From Octopus sinensis (taxonomy: Eukaryota): a stretch of DNA of 5,461 nt. Positions 1 to 5,461 of the stretch are shown piece by piece (position 1 is the first letter of the stretch; each line of letters begins with the position of its first letter). A program made the position numbers and the translations under genes. The stretch is from the NCBI RefSeq assembly GCF_006345805.1, contig NW_021829960.1, positions 1 through 5,461 on the forward strand. The letters are read 5' to 3'. Below the pieces are notes generated by a model. The model did no database searches and was not told the origin of the DNA. It saw nothing but the letters and a program-made list of their open reading frames with translations.

Positions 1-156
1 CGAAAGTGACATCGATTAATCTGTCAATAGTCTGATTTAATGGGTTATTAATAATGTTAAAGATCATTTCCAGGCGTGTAATCTTTTTTCTACGCTAAAC
101 ACAGGTGCAAATAAGGTAAACTTTTCTTACCAAACTTTTGTTGAAATACGCCTTTA

Positions 157-485
157 TTACAATTAATATTGAAAATATTGAGAAATTTAGTTAAATCCCT
201 TAGTCATTTTTAAACTTTTGCTATCATATTTTTGTTAAAATACACATTATTTGTTTCAATAATTTTTACAATTAATATTGAAAATATTGGGAAATTTAAT
301 TAAATCCCTTAGTCATTTTTAAACTTTTGCTATCATATTTTTGTTAAAATACACATTATTTGTTTCAATAATTTTTACAATTAATATTGAAAATATTGGG
401 AAATTTAATTAAATCCCTTAGTCATTTTTAAACATTTGCTATCATATTTTTGCTAAAATACACATTATTTGTTTCAATAATTTTT
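157..485. repeat. Tandem repeat, 109-bp unit x3
   Basis: Units start TTACAATTAATATTGAAAATATTG at 157, 266 and 375. Relative to copy 2, copy 1 differs at 181 and 190 and copy 3 differs at 434 and 453. No indels. Confidence 0.97.
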
Positions 486-754
486 GAAAATAATGAAAAA
501 TTTAGATAATGAAACCTTTTAGTTGAATTATAAATCAACAAGAAATTTTAGAGGAAGATTTTAATTAAGATTAGTTTAGATCAGTTTAAAGCAGTAAGTG
601 TCTGCGGTAGATTGTTATCAAATGATAGGTTTGATACCAACTTTGCCCTGATCTGAATTTAAACTTTCCATCTTAATACTAAAGGGTATTTTGCGCTATA
701 CTTAGAGAATTTATAATACACTGCGTTCATAAATAAGTTGAATAAATTATGTTG

Positions 755-827
755 GTATGGTTGTCTGGTTTAGATGCTCGCTTTGCAACGTCCCATCGTG
801 TGGCACCATGGCTAAGTATCTTCCACT
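755..827 (+). mobile_element. Old degraded SINE head fragment, related to the SINE at 1204, with most of the B box deleted
   Basis: 790-827 (GTCCCATCGTGTGGCACCATGGCTAAGTATCTTCCACT) matches 1263-1300 at 30/38 nt. 758-789 resembles the A-box segment. The 18 nt corresponding to 1245-1262 are missing. Confidence 0.75.
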
Positions 828-1203
828 TATCTCTTCGTTAGCAGATAGTTCAGATATACAAAGACAACTATTTTCAATGCTAGAACCAGTAATATTTTTA
901 AGGCTGATTTGAAATTTTACTTACGCACTTTCATTGGTTTTGTGGTAAGGTTGGTGTACCCGTGCCCAAATTCAAATTAACATCTAGAAACTTAACCTTA
1001 CTGTTATTTTCCAGTGGAAATAGACAGGCGCCCAGACTTTTAAAGAATTTAAGAATTTTTTCCGGGATTGTTTCCAGATTTTCGTTACTAATTTAAATTT
1101 GAATCCACTAAATGTACTGAAATGCTACGTCAAAGGACACAAAAAATTTATCCTGCAGAAACACAAGTTGGATTGAAAATTGATGAGAATAATAAGTAAA
1201 TAA

Positions 1204-1591
1204 GGCGTAGGAGTGGCTGTGTGGTAAGTAGCTTGTTTACCAACCACATGGTTCCGGGTTCAGTCCCACTGCGTGGCACCTTGGGCAAGTGTCTTCTACT
1301 ATAGCCTCGGGCCGACCAAAGCCTTGTGAGTGGATTTGGTAGACGGAACTGAAGAAGCCCGTCGTATTATGTATATATATATGCGTGTGGATTTGTGTGT
1401 TTGTGTTTGTCCCCCTAGCATTGCTTGACAACCGATGCTGGTGTATTTACGTCACCGTAACTTAGCGGTTCGGCAAAGTAGACCGATAGAGTAAGTACTA
1501 GGATTACAAAGAATAAGTCCTGGGGTCGATTTTCTCGACTAAAGGCGGTGCTCCAGCATGGCCACAGTCAAATGACTGAAACAAGTGAAAG

Positions 1592-1592
<1 letters not shown>
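1204..1592 (+). mobile_element. tRNA-derived SINE, apparently full length, with CORE-like segment and internal microsatellite
   Basis: Pol III A box TGGCTGTGTGG (1214-1224) and B box GGTTCAGTCCC (1257-1267), followed by CCTTGGGCAAGT, which resembles the CORE-SINE motif. Internal (TA)/(TG) tract at about 1369-1410, then a distinct 3' body ending ...CAGTCAAATGACTGAAACAAGTGAAAGA. A second copy of the head occurs at 5375-5461. Resembles octopus OR-type CORE-SINEs from memory. Confidence 0.9.

Positions 1593-1635
<43 letters not shown>
1592..1635. repeat. Compound microsatellite (AT)13(GT)9 at the SINE 3' end
   Basis: Directly visible: AT repeats 1592-1617, GT repeats 1618-1635. Confidence 0.97.
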
Positions 1636-1680
1636 ATTTAGAAGAAAATTCGGACGCATTTCCAACTTTTTCTTAGTATA

Positions 1681-1762
1681 TTTCCATTTTTCCCGAGCGT
1701 TAAACTAATACACCTGCTTGTTGTTCCTACCCCAGTCTTCGTCTTTTGTTTTCAGTAAATTT

Positions 1763-1770
<8 letters not shown>
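1681..1770 (+). mobile_element. Truncated 3' end of a non-coding repeat (possibly PLE pseudo-LTR-like) ending ACTATA at (TA)n
   Basis: TTTCCCGAGCGTTAAACTAATAC (1689-1711) matches the reverse complement of 1868-1889 (TTTCCTGAGCGTCAAATAATAC) with 2 mismatches and 1 indel. Both copies continue through TTGTTCC and a T-rich tract and end in ACTATA at the same TA tract. Confidence 0.55.
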
Positions 1771-1800
<30 letters not shown>

Positions 1801-1805
1801 TTATA
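1767..1805. repeat. (TA)n microsatellite between two inverted repeat ends
   Basis: Directly visible, slightly degenerate at 1794-1802. Confidence 0.97.
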
Positions 1806-2018
1806 GTTAATCCAAACAAGAAAACACAGAAAAAAACACAGCAACGCGAGGACGTGGAACAATTAAAGTATTATTTGACGCTCAGGAAAGAAGGGAAGGA
1901 GGGTTTAACGTTTCGAGCGGAGCTCTTCGTCGGAAACAAAGGAGAAGGAAAGATCCCGAGAAGGGAAGACAGAGGAAAAATATTTTTTTGCTGGTGGTGC
2001 TCAAGAGATCACATGCAT

Positions 2019-2020
<2 letters not shown>
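1802..2020 (-). mobile_element. Non-coding repeat carrying a hammerhead-like motif (PLE pseudo-LTR / retrozyme-like)
   Basis: Contains the hammerhead-like motif at 1937-1903, followed downstream by the segment homologous to 1689-1770, and ends GGATTAACTATA at (TA)n. The upstream boundary (about 2020, at the (AG)n tract) is approximate. Confidence 0.55.
1903..1937 (-). ncRNA. Minimal type I hammerhead-ribozyme-like motif, probably inactivated
   Basis: Minus strand GUUU-CCGACGA-A-GAGC-UCC-GCUC-GAA-ACGU-U-AAAC. Stem I GUUU/AAAC, core CCGACGA (canonical CUGANGA), stem II GAGC/GCUC, GAAA, palindromic stem III ACGU, cleavage triplet GUU (canonical NUH excludes neither U nor C, but GUC/GUA are typical). 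The topology matches the minimal hammerheads known from PLE pseudo-LTRs. Confidence 0.6.

Positions 2021-2022
<2 letters not shown>

Positions 2023-2072
<50 letters not shown>
2023..2072. repeat. (AG)25 microsatellite
   Basis: Directly visible perfect repeat. Confidence 0.98.
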
Positions 2073-2075
<3 letters not shown>

Positions 2076-2126
2076 GAAGATAAGGAGATAAAAAGAAGTT
2101 GTCATTGAAATATATTCAATACTTAC

Positions 2127-2218
2127 AAAGGTCCTACATCATCCGATAATTTGAATACATTTCCCAAACTACTATTTACTGATGGATTTGTATGACAGCA
2201 ACAGGCTGCTAATAGCAA
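2127..2218 (-). CDS. Candidate 92-nt internal exon of an unidentified host gene (LLLAACCCHTNPSVNSSLGNVFKLSDDVGP)
   Basis: On the minus strand the acceptor is TTATTCTCGTTACCAG| (AG at 2220-2219) and the donor is |GTAAGTA (GT at 2126-2125). One of three frames is open throughout. This is the only apparently unique sequence between repeats. Peptide not recognised. Confidence 0.3.
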
Positions 2219-2247
2219 CTGGTAACGAGAATAATCATGATGAGGAT

Positions 2248-2250
2248 AAC

Positions 2251-2309
<59 letters not shown>

Positions 2310-2313
2310 TAAT
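2248..2313. repeat. (AAT)n microsatellite
   Basis: Directly visible, with AAC interruptions at 2248-2250 and 2305-2307. Confidence 0.97.
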
Positions 2314-2466
2314 ATTTTAATTTAACCTTAAAAAAGAAAAAAATGAACGAACTATTGAGTTTGGTTTAATGGCCTACCAATGTATACTATGAGTTTCTTT
2401 GCCCTAGGAGTCGGGAAGACGCTCGGCAAGAAATGGAAGCAAATTTGAAAGAAGAAGAAAAAAATC
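2313..2466 (+). mobile_element. Very short 5'-truncated R4/Dong copy (3'UTR only)
   Basis: 2343-2454 matches 4097-4208 (3'UTR of the larger element) at 106/112 nt, and similarity extends back to 2313/4072. Followed by an (AAT)n tail. Confidence 0.92.
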
Positions 2467-2516
2467 AATAATAATAATAATAATAATAATAATGATGATG
2501 ATGGTAATGATGATGT

Positions 2517-2562
<46 letters not shown>

Positions 2563-2575
2563 AATAATAATAATG
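2467..2575. repeat. Compound (AAT)9-(GAT)n-(AAT)n microsatellite
   Basis: Directly visible. It produces the poly-Met start of ORF 2492 and the poly-Ser/Leu of ORF 2352. Confidence 0.97.
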
Positions 2576-4053
2576 ATAAGCCATCTATTTTATATGGATG
2601 ACTTAAAACTCTATGGTAAAGACGATAATGAACTTGAAGGCCTATTGCGCACTGTGAAAGCATTCAGCGATGACATCGGGATGGAGTTTGGGCTTGAGAA
2701 GTGTGCCAAGGCCACTTTCCAGAAAGGGAAAGTGAAGACCACAATTCAGTCGTGTTAGATGTTGACACAGTCATAGAGAGCTTGAGCAAGAACAAACATA
2801 CAAATATTTAGGGATAAATGAAGGCTCTGGTATTCAGCATGCAAGCATGAAAGAGAAGATCGGGAAGAATGTTATAGGAGAGTTCGTGCAGTCCTGAAAT
2901 CTGAACTAAATGCACGTAACAAGGTGTTAGCTATAAATTCCTTAGCAGTTCCAGTTGTTACTTATAGCTACAATGTGTTGAACTGGAATATGAGTGAAGT
3001 AAAGAATATAGATAGGAAAATACGCAAGTTGCTGAGTTGTAATAGGATGCACCACCCAAAGGCAGACGTAGATAGCCTTTACCTTCCCAGAGCCCAAGGA
3101 GGTCGAGGCCTTATTCAATTTGAACTAGCTTACAAAACAACCACAATTGGACTGGCCAAATATCTTGAAATAACGAATGACTGGATGCTAAATCTCGTGG
3201 AAAATCACGTGAGACGAAAGAAGCTTCATTCTATCATAAAGGAAAGCAAAAAATTTGCTATTGATCTCGTGCAGGATACCCAAACTGAACAATCCGAGGG
3301 AAGTACGGCAACTATTGTTGCAAAGAAGGTGAAAATAATGGCAACGAAAAAAGCGCACGATTAATTGGCTGATAGGTGGGAGGAGAAACCTCTGCACGGC
3401 AAATATGTGGCCCGTAGCAAACAAGCTGATGATGACCAGAAGCAAACCCATCAGTGGCTACGGAGCTCAGGGCTAAAAGCAGAGAGCGAAAGTTTCATCC
3501 TGGCTGCTCAAGATCAAAACCTATTAACCCGGAACTACCAGGCCAATGTGATGAAAAATGGAGCAGACCCAAAATGCCGATTCTGCAACGACATGATTGA
3601 AACAGTGGACCACCTAATCTCTGGATGGAAAGTCTTAGCACCAGTGGAGTATAAATCACCACCCTGAAGCTGTAACTGAAGGAGAAAAGTAACCATTCTG
3701 TGGGACATTCCAGTACATACAGACCGAACCATCAAAGCCAATAAACCGTATGTTTTGAAAGACCAAAAAATAAAGTTTGCTTATTGATCGACATGAGCAT
3801 CTCCTGTGATCATAATATCTCGGCGAAAGAGTTTGACAAGCTCAGAAAATATAAAGACCTGCTCATTGAAATTGAGAAAATGTGGCATCTCAAGGCGGTT
3901 ACAATACCAGTGATCGTAGGAGCACTAGGAATGATCAAGAAGGGAACCGAAAATTATATGAGAATGATCCTTGGCTAACCATCCTTGCAAGAAGTGCAAA
4001 AGATTATCTTAACTGGTACATCACACGTATTGAGAAGAGCATTGTCGATGTGA
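2576..4053 (+). pseudogene. Disrupted RT/endonuclease ORF of the R4/Dong element
   Basis: Frameshifts at about 2745, 2777, 2864, 3687 and 3768. In-frame stops at 3362-3364 and 3976-3978. About 80 nt deleted at 3659/3660. Last CCHC Cys changed to Trp (3626-3628). The catalytic Asp of the PD motif is missing (KP-YV at 3743-3754). ORFs 2492, 2924, 3365 and 3784 in the track are pieces of this one reading frame. Confidence 0.92.
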
Positions 4054-4220
4054 GAACTATTACTACGCATGTATTTTAAGTTAACTTTAAAAAAAAATGA
4101 ACGAACTAGTGAGTTTAGTTAAATGGCCTACCAACGTATACTATGAGTTTCTTTGCCCTAGGAGTCGGGAAGACACTCGGCAAGAAATGAAAGCAAATTT
4201 GAAAGAAGGAGAAAAGAAAG
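2576..4220 (+). mobile_element. 5'-truncated R4/Dong-clade non-LTR retrotransposon (RT + CCHC + restriction-like endonuclease + 3'UTR)
   Basis: RT motif ISHLFYMDDLKLY (YMDD at 2591-2602), then YKYLG, NKVLAINSLAVPV, LYLPRAQGGRGL and KPLHG. Zinc knuckle CRFC-x8-H-x4-(C>W) at 3575-3628. RLE-type endonuclease ILWDIPVHTDRTIKANKP...CLLIDMS...KEFDKLRKYKDL...IPVIVGALG. Natural stop at 4051-4053, then about 165 nt of 3'UTR and an (AAT)n tail. A C-terminal RLE plus insertion in (TAA)n fits the Dong/R4 clade. Confidence 0.92.
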
Positions 4221-4225
4221 ATAAC

Positions 4226-4267
<42 letters not shown>

Positions 4268-4511
4268 TATAATAATAATAATGATGATGATGATAATGAT
4301 GATGATAATAATATAATGATAATAATAATAGTAGTAATAAATAATAATAATGATGATGATGATAATAATAACAATGATAATAATGATAATAATAATGATG
4401 ATGATGAGATAATAATAATAATGATAATATAATAATAATAATATAATAATAATAATAATAATAATAATGATGTTGATGATGATGATATAAATAATAATAT
4501 ATATAATATAA

Positions 4512-4551
<40 letters not shown>
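4221..4551. repeat. Long degenerate (AAT/GAT)n microsatellite, about 330 bp
   Basis: Directly visible mixture of AAT, GAT, AAC and AGT units with occasional AT slips. Confidence 0.97.
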
Positions 4552-5015
4552 GTATAAAATATGGGCTACAGCAAATATTCTGCTCAATACCACAGATTTG
4601 CTTGTCAGTTGTTTGGCCTTAACCATTTGAGCATGTCCCCCGGTGGCTGACGATATGTGCATCTCTGATCACGAGCAAAAGTAGTAGGGAAGCATCATAG
4701 CCATGTGTTGAAAGGGATTCTTTGGGGTTTGAATAATTCACCTCTGGAAATATGGGTGTTTCGTTCAACATCCTTAAACGACCCTTATTCAGGGACCTTT
4801 TGAGCGGGATGGGTTACTCGACCAGAAGAAAATTCTAACTGGGCCCCACCTGCAAGGTCATGCTTATCTTGATATGAGATCACCATGTCGTGCCCATATA
4901 TTTGTGATGGATGTTCCTGGTTTACCCTTATCAGACGGGTAGTCATGATGGGTATACTGGGCTTCGTATATTTTACCCTAGGGTGACTTTGATGGCATGC
5001 ACTGCACTCTCACTC
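4552..5015 (+). mobile_element. About 460-bp non-coding interspersed element embedded in (TAA)n, probably a non-autonomous or 3'UTR-type retroelement end
   Basis: Complex, more GC-rich block with sharp boundaries, flanked by (AAT)n on both sides and ending ...GCACTCTCACTC followed by (CAA)n/(AAT)n like the neighbouring inserts. No convincing ORF or protein motif. It resembles a repeat I recall from octopus sequence, unverified. Orientation is inferred from the tail. Confidence 0.6.
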
Positions 5016-5030
5016 AACAACAACAACAGC

Positions 5031-5093
<63 letters not shown>
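5016..5093. repeat. (CAA)n then (AAT)21 microsatellite
   Basis: Short CAA run at about 5015-5027, then perfect AAT x21 at 5031-5093. Confidence 0.97.
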
Positions 5094-5094
<1 letters not shown>

Positions 5095-5374
5095 TCTCGG
5101 GTTATCCAGTCTTTGCCAAGTGCATACAGACACGACAATGTAAGCAGTGGTATCCACTGGATGATATGCCAACATTGCAACATCAAAACTGACAGCAGGT
5201 GGTGCAAGCACCCGCCAAGCAAGACAACGATCAGTCCGCAGCCATCTGGGTTATGCCGGTTCAAACCGACGAAGGAATAAAAGTTAATCGCCCAGACATA
5301 ATAGTCAAGGATTGGCGTAAAACACCTGCTTACTGACGGATATTGCAGTCGCTTGTGATAAAAATATTGTCAAA
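5094..5374 (+). mobile_element. 5'-truncated fragment of a second, divergent R4/Dong-type element (end of zinc knuckle and start of RLE endonuclease)
   Basis: ISGYPVFAK (5094-5120), frameshift, YRHDNVSSGIHWMICQHCNIKTDSRWCKHP (RHD at 5128-5136), frameshift, IWVMPVQTDEGIKVNRPDIIVKDWRK (RPD at 5289-5297), frameshift, TCLLTDIAVACDKNIVK (5324-5374). This is the RHD...PD..D signature of RLE-type endonucleases. Confidence 0.85.
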
Positions 5375-5461
5375 GCAGGAGTGGCTGTGTGGTAAGTAGC
5401 TTGCTAACCAACCAACATGGTACCGGGTTCAGTCCCACTGCGTGGCATCTTGGGCAGTGCC
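5375..5461 (+). mobile_element. SINE 5' head (same family as 1204), running off the window end
   Basis: GCAGGAGTGGCTGTGTGGTAAGTAGCTTG...GGGTTCAGTCCCACTGCGTGGCA is nearly identical to 1206-1278. A box at 5382-5392, B box at 5426-5436. Confidence 0.92.

Larger units (their letters stand above)
60..1092 (-). mobile_element. Highly degraded Penelope-like element (PLE) coding remnant: RT C-terminus/thumb and linker toward the GIY-YIG domain
   Basis: Minus frame 1092-931 reads ISNENLETIPEKILKFFKSLGACLFPLENNSKVKFLDVNLNLGTGT (FLDV at 990-979). With frameshifts it continues PYHKTNES, VSKISNQP, SIE, ISELSANEEI (857-828), then FMNAV (733 onward), II*-YN-LP (about 626-605), KTNL-IKIFL (about 577-550), and FNKNMIAKV / FPNIFNINCNK inside the 109-bp repeat. 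The order matches the PLE RT-thumb/linker pattern as I recall it (IIK.FK..G...FLDV.L.L..G.Y.PY.K.N....Y....SNHP...SI..RIS.LS.NEEIF.NA...IIW.NPP..KTNIGK.FL...FN.NTIK.SYSCMPNI). The core 828-1092 is fairly convincing; below about 750 the match is weak and by eye. Confidence 0.6.

Noticed and set aside
157-485. CRISPR array
   Set aside because: Head-to-tail 109-bp units without unique spacers, in a eukaryotic repeat context.
1113-1152. DKFFVSFDVAFQY as RT motif A of the PLE remnant
   Set aside because: It lies too close to FLDV for normal RT spacing and is followed by stops, so it is likely chance.
919-1158. Apparent minus-strand exon (CTGCAG acceptor at about 1153, GTAAGT donor at about 924-919)
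   Set aside because: All three frames contain stops, and the region is better explained as the PLE remnant.
1204-1280. tRNA gene
   Set aside because: A and B boxes are present but there is no cloverleaf or acceptor stem, and the sequence continues into a SINE body repeated at 5375.
1237-1431. 64-aa minus-strand ORF
   Set aside because: Antisense to the SINE; the TNTNTQIHTHIYIH stretch comes from the internal microsatellite.
1746-2108. 120-aa ORF with YIYI and RERE runs
   Set aside because: Read-through of (TA)n and (AG)n tracts and non-coding repeat, with a TTG start and no domain.
2352-2663. Minus ORF with poly-Ser/Leu, and the poly-Met N-terminus of ORF 2492
   Set aside because: Translations of the (AAT/GAT)n tract. 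Only the part of ORF 2492 from 2576 onward is real RT sequence.
3188-3741. Minus ORFs 3188-3451 and 3535-3741 (also plus ORF 3882-4079)
   Set aside because: Antisense or alternative-frame shadows of the R4/Dong ORF with no independent motifs.
4097-4662. ORFs 4097-4432 (poly-Asn/Asp) and 4267-4662 (poly-Tyr/Leu/Ile)
   Set aside because: Microsatellite translations plus 3'UTR or non-coding repeat.
4646-4680. Second hammerhead core CTGACGA in the non-coding element
   Set aside because: No properly spaced stem II plus GAAA or closing stem I can be built.
4911-5264. ORFs 4911-5192, 5010-5264 and 5014-5211
   Set aside because: Built around (AAT)21. Only ISGYPVFAK in ORF 4911 is in the genuine retroelement frame.

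Overview
AT-rich eukaryotic (metazoan) DNA made almost entirely of repeats, with no intact protein-coding gene. The SINE resembles, from memory, an abundant octopus/cephalopod family; this is an inference, not a database result. Left part (about 60-1092, minus strand): a heavily decayed Penelope-like element (PLE) remnant containing a 109-bp x3 tandem repeat and a nested old SINE head. A tRNA-derived SINE follows (1204-1592). Next, two related non-coding repeat ends face each other tail-to-tail across a (TA)n tract, and one carries a mutated minimal hammerhead-ribozyme motif (1903-1937, minus). A possible 92-nt host exon lies at 2127-2218 (minus). From about 2250 to the end, one (TAA)n microsatellite locus has collected four co-oriented, apparently 5'-truncated inserts separated by (AAT/GAT)n tracts: (1) a 3'UTR-only R4/Dong copy; (2) a 1.65-kb R4/Dong pseudogene (RT YMDD, CCHC knuckle, restriction-like endonuclease, 3'UTR); (3) a 460-bp non-coding element; (4) an endonuclease fragment of a second, divergent R4/Dong lineage, cut off by another SINE. 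Most entries in the supplied ORF track are microsatellite artefacts, antisense shadows, or pieces of the R4/Dong pseudogene.
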